Source: Octopus vulgaris (taxonomy: Eukaryota). From it: a DNA stretch of 64,000 nt. Below, in pieces: positions 1 to 13,381 of the stretch (within the stretch, counting starts at the first letter, position 1; every line of letters begins with the position of its first letter). The notes below the pieces were generated by a model, which saw nothing but the letters and a program-made list of their open reading frames with translations, did no database searches and had not been told where the DNA came from. The stretch spans positions 124,496,001 through 124,560,000 of the forward strand of contig OX597815.1 in the NCBI GenBank assembly GCA_951406725.2, written 5' to 3'. The translations under genes were made by a program, and so were the position numbers.

Positions 1-180
1 TAACATCAGTGAACAAACTACTAATCTAGGTACAACTAATGACACAAGGGTACAGTTAAAGACATCACAGTGAGCAACGTCGGGATGTTTTCTCCAACGT
101 ATACGTAAATATCTTTAATAAAATGAAAATAAAAACCATTTACTTTTATATATATATATATATATATATATACATACAGA

Positions 181-431
181 CTCTTTTATTCTTTTACTTG
201 TTTCAGTCATATGAATGTGGCCATGCTGGAGCACCGCCGTAAAGGGTCTTAGTCGAACATATCGGCCCAAGGACTTGAAGCCTAATACCTATTCTATCGG
301 TCTCTTTCGCCGAACCGCTAATTTACAGGGACATAAACACCAGCATCTATTGTCAAGCGATGGCGGGGGACAAACACAGACATAAACACACAGACACACA
401 CACACACGTACACTCACACACACACACACAC

Positions 432-471
<40 letters not shown>

Positions 472-640
472 AAATATATATATACGACGGGCTTCTTTCA
501 GTTTCTGTCTACCTAATCCACTCGCAAAGTTTTGGTTGGGCCGAGGCTATAGTAGAACCACTTGCCCAAGGTGCCACGCAGTGGGACAGAACCCGGAACC
601 ATGTGGTTGAGAAGCAAGCTTCTTACCACACAGTCACATA
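181..640 (-). mobile_element. tRNA-derived composite SINE, family A (head, internal (TA)n(TG)n, tail)
   Basis: Reverse complement of the + copy at 5622-6020; shares GACGGGCTTCTTTCAGTTTC and TTGTTTCAGTCA...GCTGGAGCACCGCC blocks. Confidence 0.8.
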
Positions 641-1006
641 CTGCTTTCATTTTTTTTTTCGAGATGGGTGTTCTCCTCTACGTGATGGGTGTTCTCCTCT
701 CGTCGTTATGAATGAATGGCCAAAAAAAGAAAATGTGGCTATACTGCTAAAGCAATGTTTGTATGGCTGCATAAATAAATGAAATGAGTGAAGAGTGTAC
801 TCTTCAACAGATGCATGGATAAAAGGGCACACAGGTGTTTATTCTGACGTTTTTAATGAGAACGTCATTTTACCGGTATACAGGAGATCACCAAGATGGC
901 TGCTTATTATCAGCAGGTACTAAGTACATGTTTGTATTTCCTTTTATAGACAAGATGATCTTCTTGATTAAAATATATACAGCGAACTATTAATTTGAAT
1001 AATGCA

Positions 1007-1130
<124 letters not shown>

Positions 1131-1722
1131 GTATATATAATTAATCATTGTATTCACTATTTGTATTACTCAGAGACGCCGTCCGCATTAAAAATAAATT
1201 GTTAGTGTTAATATTTGATTTAATGGGAAAAGTCGCCAAAAGCTAGATAGAAAGAGTTAGACGCAATGAATAATCTATACTAGTTATTTACTAAATTATT
1301 TTTTATTTATTGGTCAAGTAAGGGAGAAAACCCAAGATATAGTCCGTTTTATCATAACCTCATCAGCGAAGCATAGTTATTCTCCTTCCACTTGCTGAAG
1401 TGGAGATAAATGTAATTGAGTAAATATAGATGAAGATATACTAAATGGCATAGAGTATAACACTTAGAAAATGAATTGATGAATTGCTCAGCTTTTATTA
1501 TGGTTCACTGTTAAATATATAAAAACAAAAGTAGATACGCACAGTCTCACACACACCGGTTATCGTCTACCTATTTCACTCACAATGTATTCGATGTAAT
1601 ACACAATTCGAAGTAGAAAATATTGTCCAGGATTTGACACCGAGAACCAAGTAGTTCCAAGCTAATTTATTCACTATATATCCTCCTGCGCTCCCTACAT
1701 ACATATATACATAGACATGTGC

Positions 1723-1808
<86 letters not shown>

Positions 1809-2076
1809 ATGTATGTATGCATGTGTGTGTGTATATATACACACACACATAAACATCACAGAGAGAACCTCGACTTAATTACTCGAATGTTAAAAATGGG
1901 CAACAAAACTCCCTCAAATCACGTAACCGGCTGTTTTAAAAAGAGAATTAAATGTTAATTATAATTTTTTTTTGTTAGCCCAACACTACGAACATTTTAA
2001 GTGGAATATATATGAACATAGGCGTGCTGGATCAAGCTTTCGTGAGGTTAAAAAACATAACTTAGAACTACTATTA

Positions 2077-2184
2077 TACATACATACATACATACATACA
2101 TACATACATACATACATACATACATACATACATACATACATACATACATACATACATACATACATACATACATACATACATACA
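2077..2184. repeat. (CATA)n microsatellite
   Basis: Direct reading. Confidence 0.95.
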
Positions 2185-3387
2185 TGAGTGTGTGTGTGTG
2201 CACAGAGCACATACATAAACTCATATATCTCATTACATTATGTTTTGTATTTTTCTGCTATTCCGTGTCTGCTATTTTGTAACTTAACTATTCGTGTTCA
2301 TACATAGGTGACAATACCCCTATGAAGGGAGGAGACAATAAGACTTGTAACCATTGATTTTTTCCCCGTTAGTGCGCTCATTAAAAACTAATAACCAAAA
2401 ATTTCTGGACCTTTTAAATCTGAGATACTGTTTTAAAGTATTTAAATCAAAAGTCACGTCGGTTTTTAGTTGTTTGTCTTTTTAACCAACATGTTTCAAC
2501 TTTGATAGAACGAATCTATGATCAAAAGCACAGTGTGTGTGTATGTGTATGTGCGTATATATATATATATATATATATATACTTGACGTGGATATGAAGA
2601 TTACTGCTCAGTACTTATACTACTTCCGCTGCTATCACCCTGGACACTCTTGTTCCGATAGTAAATGTTCCAGTTATGACCATCTCGTCATTCTTTCGGA
2701 TATTGTTTATCATAGAATTTACATTATGCAAAGTATCCCTCTTCTCCTCAAGTTGTATTCCTCTTATTCTAAGATAGTACGGTAATGAAGCGAAATAGTC
2801 TACATAGACACAGTACTGCTCTACTATAGAAGAAGTGAATGAATAAACAGTCATTCAGAAACTTCCCGGTATAAATGAACTATCAGAAATCACTTGTTGA
2901 CAGATAGCTATGTGTGTGCAATAAAGGCATGTGTTTTACGTTTATCGTGTAGAGGAAAACTTCTACGAAGGAAATCAAGTAGAAAGTTATGTACTCTGAG
3001 TTTCATGATTCTATCTGATAGTTTTCTTTTTATCGGAATCGGTTTGTAGAACCGCTAGGTTCTGGTACACTAAGTACGCAGCACAACAGACATATGCACA
3101 AATAATTTCGCATATATAACAGGCTTCTCTACAGTTTCTCCCAAATTGCGCTTACAAAATATTCGTAAACTCCAGATTGCAGCAAATGTTCCATGACCAA
3201 GGTGTCATGCAAAGTGATCGAACCTGAAACGTTGTGGTTACGACACGAATTAAACGCAGATATGCTCGGTCTATGTACGTATGTGTGAGCGTGCATATGT
3301 ATATGTATGAATGTTTACAAGCTACACATACATCAATATATATACATGTATCAAATTATATATACATACATGTATATATATGTAGAT

Positions 3388-3430
<43 letters not shown>

Positions 3431-3629
3431 GAGATAGAGAGAAGGAAAAGACGGACACAAATAGATGCAACGACAAGGATACAAACGCTCGAGTGTACAC
3501 ACACATATACGTACATGTATACATACTATATAATTATGTGTGTATATATATATATACATACACACACACCTTTGTTCGTGGCTATGCATATAAATAAATA
3601 GATGTGTGTGTGTATATATATATATATGT

Positions 3630-3957
<328 letters not shown>

Positions 3958-4854
3958 TAAAAGAAGGACAGACGGAAAAAGAAAGCTAGATGAATGTATT
4001 GTTGGTTGGTTTGTGATCTTCACAACGAGGGTCTTACCTTAGTACCATGCTGCCTGTGGTTGTCTCGTAGCTCGAGACCCTGTTGTTAAATTCCGTTGTG
4101 TTCGGTCGTTCTGGCCTCTAATCTACTACTGTCGTCTTGGCACGTGGGAAATAGTGTAGACCAGTCCAAATAGAGCGGTGGTGGAGGACGTAGGACACAC
4201 ACGTCTACTCGTACCTCTACACAACCCCACTATAAGCACGCACACATCTACAATCACATATGTTTACTTGTGAACATACTCAAACACACTTACACAAAGT
4301 TATTCAAACAAACGCACGCACATTGTCATTGGTGGAGTGGGTTAAGAGAGAAAGAGAGAGAAAGAAGGAATAAGTAAGTGAGCGAGAATGAAGGGTGGGT
4401 CAGGAGAGAGTGGGATGATATAAACAGAATCAGTGAAAGAACGTGTGCATGTGTATGAGAGTGAGTAAGAAAGAAAGAAAAAGAGAAAAAGAGAGAGGGA
4501 GAAGGAGAGAGAGGGAGAAAGAAAGAAAGAGAGAGAGAGAGAGAAATGGTGATAGTGCGAGAGAGAGTGAGTGAGAGAGAGAGAGAGGGAGCGTGTGTAT
4601 CTGTGTGTGCGAGACAGTGAAAGTCTATATGAAGGGTGGAGTAGAATTATGTTTTCTACTTATGCCACCACCAAAGACCATTTCCTAAAAAAACGGAGAC
4701 TTTATTGAAGGCACCACACACACACACACACACAACATACGCGCACGCACACACACACACACACACACTGTCACAGAACTGCACGGATACGCTTATACAT
4801 ATACAAACACAAGCATATTCAATGTTTTCAGATGCATACATATGTAAGCCTGTT

Positions 4855-4908
<54 letters not shown>

Positions 4909-5496
4909 AGAGTGTGTGTGTGTGTGAGTGTGTATGTGTGTGTGTTTAAAATATACACTATCATAATATACCTACACACATAACTACACGTATATATTTC
5001 TGTATGTGCGTTCGAGTGTGTAGTATGAGTGTATTTTTGTAATTGTGTATAAGCACGAAAAACCTGTAATACAGTGAACACAAACTAATGAAACAGATGC
5101 GTCGCGAAACAACAGGAATACTATCAAAATGCTTTTCTCTTCATCAGCCTAAACATTGCTACGCCTAATTAAATATATATCAAATATTCAAACCCAGGCA
5201 GAGTTATTGGCAGAGTTGCGTCCGAGAGTCTAGCATTTCATCCAGGGCGATTATTTGAACGCTTCAGATAAAGTACATGCCAGTAAAGTATACACATACA
5301 TATATATATATATGAATGAAACGCGGAGTAGATAAAACAGGTGACAACTGATGAAGGGAATCTTCTTTATGTTACCTGTCTCATTTCTATATTTGTTTCC
5401 TTCGCTGTTGGAAAAAAAGTTCGTTTTCCATGCTTTTGTTTTTTATGTTCTCGTTTCTCATTTTGTGTACGTTTTTTGACGTCCTGCATCCATATA

Positions 5497-5552
<56 letters not shown>

Positions 5553-5580
5553 GGCATGTACATGTATATGTGTATATATG

Positions 5581-5615
<35 letters not shown>

Positions 5616-5621
5616 TCATAT

Positions 5622-5769
5622 AGGCGCAGGAGTGACAGTGTGGTAAGAAGCTTCCTTCCCATCCGCATGTTCCGGGTTCAATCCCACTGCGTGGCACCTT
5701 GGGTAAGTGTCTTCTGCTATAGCCTCGTGAGTGCATTTGGTAGAGGGAAACTGAAAGAAACCCGTCGTA

Positions 5770-5845
<76 letters not shown>

Positions 5846-6020
5846 TGTGTTTGTCCCACCCCGCAATCGCTTGACAACCGATGTTGGTGTGTTTACGTCC
5901 CGGTAACTTAAAGGTTCGGCAGAATAGACCGACAGAATAAGTACTAGGCTTACAAAGAATAAGTCCTGAGGTTGATTTCTTCAAGTAAAGGCGGTTCTCC
6001 AGCTGAAACAAGTAAAAGAA
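5622..6020 (+). mobile_element. tRNA-derived composite SINE, family A
   Basis: Pol III A/B-box-like head (GTGTGGTAAG...GGTTCAATCCC), body, internal microsatellite, tail ending GAAACAAGTAAAAGA; several other copies in window. Confidence 0.8.
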
Positions 6021-6251
6021 TATATATGTGTCTGTGTGTCTACACACACACACATACTTTTATTCTTTTTTCATGTTTCAGTCATTTGACTGCGGCAATG
6101 CTGGAGCACCGCCTTAATTTATTTATGCTATTATTTATCCCCTGAACCAATCTTTGGTCGAAACATATCTGAATTATCTAAAAGGAAGAACTATAAACAC
6201 CTACATTATATACATACACGCACATACGAATATTCATACTTTTTATACATG

Positions 6252-6293
<42 letters not shown>

Positions 6294-6449
6294 GTTTTAT
6301 GTAAATATATATATATAAGTTCAGCAAAATTTAGATTCAAATGAATATGGTACTTAAGGTAGATGCACCAGAATTTTGAATGGTGTTATCCATATAAATC
6401 CATGGGGTGATTATAATCAAAATAAGCAACAAGAATAACTTTGGTAATT

Positions 6450-6533
6450 TGGTACGATCGTTTCGCACTACATCATTTTATTAAATGTTGCAAGCATTAC
6501 AACAATTTTAAAATACTGAGCACTCATCAGCCA
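6450..6533 (-). ncRNA. Type I hammerhead ribozyme (family 1, minus copy)
   Basis: Reverse complement of 6714-6797. Confidence 0.65.
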
Positions 6534-6713
6534 TTTATAGAGGTTTTCCATTAATACATAATTTTCATATCAAGTGATAAACCTTACATAAGAGGTAGAT
6601 ATATAGACAAAGATGTCTAAAATTTAAATCCACATCTTTGTCTATATATCTACCTTCTATGTAAGGTTATCACTTGATATGAAAATTATGTATTAATGGA
6701 AAACCTCTATAAA

Positions 6714-6797
6714 TGGCTGATGAGTGCTCAGTATTTTAAAATTGTTGTAATGCTTACAACATTTAATAAAATGATGTAGTGCGAAACGATCGTACCA
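6714..6797 (+). ncRNA. Type I hammerhead ribozyme with long stem II (family 1)
   Basis: TGG-CTGATGA-[59-nt hairpin GTGCT...AGTGC]-GAA-ACGATCGT-A-CCA; palindromic stem III, GUA site, 3-bp stem I. Confidence 0.65.
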
Positions 6798-6830
6798 AAT
6801 TACCAAAGTTATTCTTGTTGCTTATTTTGA

Positions 6831-6883
<53 letters not shown>

Positions 6884-7381
6884 AACAGAGAGAGAGAGAA
6901 ACAGAGAGAGAGAGAGAAACAGAGAGAGAGAGAAACAGAGAGAGAGAGAGAGAGAGAGATAAATATATGCACACGCGCATACATAAATGCACACAGACAT
7001 ATATACACGTACATAGACATTACACATCTATCTACCTATAATGGATGTATGTGCATGTATGTGTATGTGTGCGTGTGAGCGCATATAGTTAATCGACACC
7101 GGTGCCATGGTGACTTGTTACTGGAAAGTTCAAGGCACGTAAGAATTCCACTAGACAAATTAGCCTGACGAAAAGACACTCCGTATCTTTTGAGACGGAA
7201 GAAATTGCTGCAAGTACGCGTATAAATACCTTTTACTCCGAATACTTCCACAATCAGGGTGACGAGGGGTGTCCATTTGTCCAGTTTTAAAAGCGGCTGC
7301 ACACGCTGGAAATTCCAGTGTAACAGGCCCCTTGAGCAGCCTAAATAAACTACTGCACTCTACGTTTATATGATACCGTAT

Positions 7382-7450
<69 letters not shown>

Positions 7451-7479
7451 AACACAAACACACACGATGGACTCTCCCC

Positions 7480-7760
7480 GTCGTTAGACCACGTATGAGG
7501 GTTCGACAATTTCTTACTGAACAACTACACAGATGATTCGTTTGTAGCGATCAAATATTTGTCTAGACATATGCTCACTCCATCCATCAGATCGACATTA
7601 CCTGAGCAGGTGCAACGGTTGCCATATGACAGATGTCTAAATGATTGCAGAGCGACGTTAAAATGAAATGCTTTGCTCAAGAACACAACGCAACGCCCGT
7701 CTGGGAATCGAATCTACGATCTCGCAATCGTGAGTGCGACACCTCAACCACTAAACCATA
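7480..7760 (-). mobile_element. Decayed tRNA-derived SINE related to family C
   Basis: TTGCTCAAGAACACAACGCA...GGGAATCGAA...AACCACT is the reverse complement of the head at 38727-38820. Confidence 0.6.
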
Positions 7761-7798
7761 ATAGATAGATAGACAGATCGATCAATAGATAGATAGAT

Positions 7799-7933
<135 letters not shown>

Positions 7934-8029
7934 TGCACATACACAGACACATACTCATGCATATTAGTTTGATCTGAACAAAGGAGCTCTCCCCAGGGTT
8001 TTCTCAGGTCGATGAGATTAACGTCGTTT

Positions 8030-8420
8030 CTTTTCCGCTTCAACTGTTGGATGCCGACAAATGCAGGAACGCTATGAGCAACGGACGGAACTTTCTAGAG
8101 GCTGGATCATTCTTGAAAGAAAGGACCGTGCATATTGACTAACGAAGGACTGGGATAGGGTGCATTACCATGATGAAAGAGGAGAGACGTGGGTGTCGCG
8201 TGTGTGGGCTGAGGTAATATGTGATTAACTGGTTTCGAGGAGAGTAGGACATTGTGGTAGCGGTAGAAAAGGGTGAGAGAGGGAAGAAGGAAGGACAGCT
8301 TGTTTGTGAGCCGAAGGAATGAAATTGAAGCTTAACTCTTTTGGAAATACACACAACGGGATTCTACACAATAATTATCAATTTTTACTCATTAGTGAAC
8401 GAGGGACATATACCTATGAT
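8030..8420 (-). pseudogene. Decayed LINE (CR1/L2 group) ORF2 C-terminal fragment
   Basis: Minus frame reads LTLFYRYHN, resembling the LSLFYRYY motif of such LINE C-termini; heavily degraded. Confidence 0.35.
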
Positions 8421-8881
8421 GTCAGTCGTACTTCCGAGGTGTGATCAACTAGAAACATGTAAATTATAAACCTCAACCGCATAATTATGGCACACAAATC
8501 TATCAAGAGGGACGGTGAATATTTGTAAATATTTCAGGGATTCTCCATGCTGATGGGTGCACACAACCACATATACATATGGAATACATATACACGTACA
8601 CATAAACAATTATAAAACATATATTTTTGTCCTATTGTGATGTGCACACCCACGAGTTCTAGTTTATTCACAGGCATTCACATGCGCACAACACACACAC
8701 ACACTTAAGCATACATTAGCTTACTCAGATAAAAGCCATTTGGTAATTTGGCTATCATGAGACTAAAATAAAATATTTATATAAAAATAATAAAAATAAT
8801 AGAAAGAGAGCAAGAGAATGCGAAAGACAGAGATGCATGAACAGATGTGTATACGTATGTCTCTGAGTATTTGTGTGTGTG

Positions 8882-8932
<51 letters not shown>

Positions 8933-9339
8933 CACAGTGAGGTGTTCCTCTGTCACGAGTCGGAGTGTAGTGTTTCCGATTTCCTCCGCGGTAAGGATGA
9001 AGCCCACGTTGGGACTAGGCGAATAACATATAATAACCGCTGGCATATACACTGGTTACCTTTACCCTGTCTTAAAATCGTAAATCAGCCTTTCATAAAT
9101 TCCATCTTACGTACATGCATGCAGACATGTAAAAAGACATATATACGCGCGCGCATGCATACACGCACACACACAAATGAACACTGAAGCAAATGAAAGG
9201 ATTCTGTAAAGTTTTCGGTTTAACCCATTTCTCCAAACCGGAATTTATCATTCACTGCAGCTGGAAAAAGTGTTGTTTTATGGTGTAAAGTGCAACTATG
9301 CATTCATACAACTGTAATTAAAACTGTTTAACGTCATTA

Positions 9340-10295
9340 ACTTAAACATGCCAATGATAAATGTAGAACTTTCAAATGTCAAACTGAGAACTATCATAAA
9401 TTTCTGTCCTTGCATAAGAAAGCATAAAAGGAAATCCATGATTATATTATCGGCTGCGAGCTGCTCATCATTTCCACAACAGTTAAGAAGTGGTGTGGTA
9501 ACTTTCAGTGTAGGGATTTTGAGTCTGTAGAAGCAGAGCGATCTTTGAGGCCATCAATGACTGCAATTCTTGAAATTGTTGATAATGTTCAGTCAGATCA
9601 ATTGCTGAAACACTGAGGGTATCTAAGAAACTCGTTGGGTACATAATTCAAAAGCATTTGGGTAATGTATAATCGGTGCCAAAATGCCTAACTACTGACC
9701 AGAAACGAAATCGAATGGTTTTGCAGCAATTTCAGAGATATCGTGAACATGTTTTCAAACTACTTGTTACAATTGCTGGTACGTGGTGACAGTACCCTGA
9801 TCTGGAGACTAAGCAACAACTAATAGAGTAGTGAGACGTGGGTTCTTGACGGCTCTAAATATTCAAGGCCCAGATATCTGTTGGAAAGATCATGGATAAT
9901 GTTTTGTGCATTAGGAAAGGATTTTGATGACAAGTTTCAAAAAGGCTAAATAACGAAATTAGAATACTATTTAACCATCTGTTCCAATTGAAGTCAGTGC
10001 TGAAAGAAAAACGACGATGTACATGCACATGCTCAGAAGACTAAGAAGACAACAGATATAATGTGGGCTTTGAATGTATTGACCATTTAAATGTAGCTCC
10101 ATCAAAGTATTTTCTGTTCTGTTACTTTAAAAATGAGCTTAAAAAGGAACAAATTTTTCCGATGGCAGTCAGGTGATAGCGTCAGCAGATCAGTATTTCA
10201 AGGACCAGTAAATGAACTTTTTTGAGTTTTAGAGGGTAAGAATTTGAGAAACAATCTGCAGGCTGTGTTGATCTGCTGAATGAATAAGTGGAATA
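9340..10295 (+). pseudogene. Decayed mariner transposase (irritans/Himar-like)
   Basis: Fragments VPKCLTTDQKRNRM, ETKQQLIE*, FKAQISVGKIM, VAPSKYFLF match the WVP, DPETKQQS.EW, SAGK.M and DLAPSDYFLF motifs; many stops. Confidence 0.75.
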
Positions 10296-11013
10296 ACACG
10301 TAATGTTTATGGTTCTAATTTATTTCCTTCTTGGATGAACAGAGAAATTTTAAGAATATCCTCTCAAGTAGACACATATACTCATACACAAACATAAATG
10401 CATACTCAAGTACACACACACACACACACATGCACACACACACATACACACACACATGCACACACACACACTCACATACACATACACACACTTTTTTACT
10501 GGAAAGTTTGGTGGAAGGGGCAACACCTATGGTTTTCTGAAGTTTTCCAAGACTGATGAGATTAATACCAAGAAAGTTCCTCTTAAACAATTGCAAATCG
10601 ACATCTGTAAAAAAAAGACATATAGAACAGAGATTCCGGCGTTTTGTAGAAGAAGAATTAGTGCAGGACTCGGGTGTTTGAACACAACATATCTGAAAAA
10701 AAGAAGAGAAACAACTGGGCTAGGTGTGCCTAAGCGGAAGTGACAAGACTCCGCTCAAAGTCAGAGAGCTAGAGAAAGATGGGTATGTACATACACACGC
10801 ACATGTATTGGTGACTGGATAAATGCTAGGGTTTGATCAACCCTTACTAAATCACCTGCCTGAGGCTGTCCGATTACTGAATGACCCCAAGAAACATCAC
10901 TGATGATGTATGGAAGCAAAACTGTGCACATACACGCACCACACACACACACACACACATACACACACACAAACATATAATGTGTACACGCAAAGCTATG
11001 AGGTCTTGGGTTC

Positions 11014-11155
11014 TTATTTACATTTGACGGATATTTCTCCTCATCTTGTTTGCTGTTAACACAACATTTCGGCTGATATACTCTGCAGCCTTCATCAGGT
11101 GTCTTGGGGAAATTTCGAACCTGGTTTCTCATTCCTAAGGTATTTTTCAATGTTA
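11014..11155 (-). mobile_element. HH family 2 unit; hammerhead at 11058-11103 has mutated stem III
   Basis: Near-identical to 20095-20240 and the reverse complement of 22575-22715; a + strand 3' fragment lies at 11605-11670. Confidence 0.75.
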
Positions 11156-11162
11156 TTATTAT

Positions 11163-11228
11163 TCCGAACTCGGAATCTTCAGGTTAGTAGCCCGCAGTTT
11201 TAACCACTACGCCATATGCCCGTGGGCA
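11163..11228 (-). mobile_element. tRNA-like SINE head
   Basis: Minus strand GGGCATATGGCGTAGTGGTTAA...GAGTTCG has A and B boxes; no complete acceptor stem. Confidence 0.5.
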
Positions 11229-12978
11229 ATTATGGAGTGACTTTTAGGGCTTATATATCTTATATTTTCCTATCCTTCCTTAATACCGGTTCTCATATGC
11301 TACTCATATCTGCACTCGGTCTGCTTAGGAGGTTATTATGTCCTAGCATATGTGCTGCTTCTTTTATTTTTCGTTTTTTCCAATGGTGTTCTCTGTTTAT
11401 TATTTCACCTTCATCCTACAGGAAACTTAATGGAAATGTTGATCTTCTGTGTAGAAACTACCTACTTCAGAATGGACACTGATATATATCGACAGAGAGG
11501 GGTTAGCTATGAGTTCGCCATTGTCACTGATAATAGCCAGTATGTACAAGGAATACTTTGAGAATTTGGCTTTAGGATCAACACCACTAATACCAACAAT
11601 TTTGTGAGGACAAATATCCGTCAAATGTAAATAATATTAATAATGTACATAATTCCTCACCTCTCAAAATATTGTCTTGGGTCTCCTTGACATTTTGGGC
11701 GACTAAAGTCTTGTAAATGAGATTCGGTAGATGGAAAGTATAGATGCTCTCATTTGATGGTTTTTACTTGTAATTCAATGTTACAGCCTTATCACACTGG
11801 ATCGGTTACCCTGTTAATACTTGAGAATTATGTTAATGATCCATGTACTTGCGGAATGTTTCGCCATTTACAAGGTTATTCAATCGATGAAGTTTCCAAT
11901 GATTGAACAACGGAATCGTTTTCGTAATACCGAAGGATATCCATTTTACTTTTCTATTTATATATAAAAACTACTTGTATGTGTGTCATTTCTTGCCAAT
12001 ACAGAAAGAGTCGGTTTCTAAACCTAGATCCAACACTCCTTCATTGGAATTTCAATATCAACAACGGGGTATTTTTGTATGTATGTATGTATGTATGTAT
12101 GTATGTATGTATGTATGTGTGTATGTATGTATGTATACGTGCAGATTTTTATGTTTTATTTTGTGTATGTCTTCTCACGCATATGCTTGCATATCTTGAC
12201 ATACGCATATATACTTAAACTGTATGTATGTATGCATGCATGCGTGAGTATGTATGAACGTATGTCTACCTCTCTCTCTTTTCTCTCCTCCTCTTTCTCT
12301 TCCACTCTCTCTCTTTCTCTTCCTCTCTCTCTCTCTCATACTCTTCCTCTTTTTCTCCCTCACACACACAACCGTGCAGTAGCACATACCGGTTACAGAA
12401 ACGTAGATTCCTGTAAAAGATTCCGAATTCTGTAACAGGAAACAGATAATTTCCAACTGAATGTATTTTTGGGGGAAAACAAACAAGTAGGACAAATACT
12501 TTTATGAATGACTATAACAATTTTTAAACACATATGACACAAGATGTATGTATGAGAGAAAAATGTTTGGAAGACAAATTCAATATGGAATTATTATAGT
12601 AGACAGAGTGTGGTAGACAGAGTGTGTAGTTTTACAAAAGGTGTCGACTGTTGTGTGATGGGATAGGAAGATGGTGCAATGCAATGGGGCTATAAGACAG
12701 ATACTATCCCTAGCCTTGTAAATCATCACGATTAGCATCTGCGTGATTGCTAGAGAATTAATCCGAAGTTGTTTGTCTATCACGGTGTACCGTATCTTTG
12801 TACTGCTTAGTGTAGAAATTAAACTCATTTTGAACTTCTCATGTATTTTTGATGTCATATTCATGATTAAAGTTATTAACAAAAGCCTAGAAGATTCTTC
12901 TTGTCGGCCTTGACACATTTCCTGTGTCCTTATATATTTATGAAGGGGAGACAAACACCCCCAACAGCTAGGCCTGCA

Positions 12979-13024
12979 TCTAGATACATGCATGTTTCAG
13001 GGTCTTGCCCATCATCAGTCTAGA
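12979..13024 (-). ncRNA. Type I hammerhead ribozyme (family 3, minus copy)
   Basis: Exact reverse complement of 13336-13381. Confidence 0.75.
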
Positions 13025-13335
13025 GTAGCAAGGCCTGCTAGCTGAAGATATTTGTCTAGACTTCGTAAATATATATATATATATATTTTCAGTGAAGTTT
13101 ATTCACTGATCACCAAAATCAGAAATATTAAATTTCAGAAATTTAATATTTCTGATTTTGGTGAGTGAATAAACTTCACTGAAAATATATATATATATTT
13201 ACGAAATCAGAAATATTAAATTTCTGAAATTTAATATTTCTGATTTTGGTGATCAGTGAATAAACTTCACTGAAAATATATATATATATATTTACGAAGT
13301 CTAGACAAATATCTTCAGCTAGCAGGCCTTGCTAC

Positions 13336-13381
13336 TCTAGACTGATGATGGGCAAGACCCTGAAACATGCATGTATCTAGA
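13336..13381 (+). ncRNA. Type I hammerhead ribozyme (family 3)
   Basis: TCTAGA-CTGATGA-T-GGG-CAAGAC-CCT-GAA-ACATGCATGT-A-TCTAGA: 6-bp stem I, stem II, 10-nt palindromic stem III, GUA site. Confidence 0.75.

Larger units (their letters stand above)
6417..6830. mobile_element. Hammerhead-bearing palindromic element, HH family 1 (arms 6417-6616 and 6632-6830)
   Basis: About 200 bp near-perfect inverted arms, 15-nt spacer, (TA)n tracts on both sides. Confidence 0.8.

Noticed and set aside
661-702. 21-bp direct duplication
   Set aside because: Ordinary slippage duplication
1340-1372. Minus-strand CTGATGA motif
   Set aside because: GAAA and stems I/III not satisfied
5316-5385. GAAACGCGGAGTA...CTGATGA as a type II hammerhead
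   Set aside because: No stem I between the site and the core, and no GAAA after the downstream hairpin
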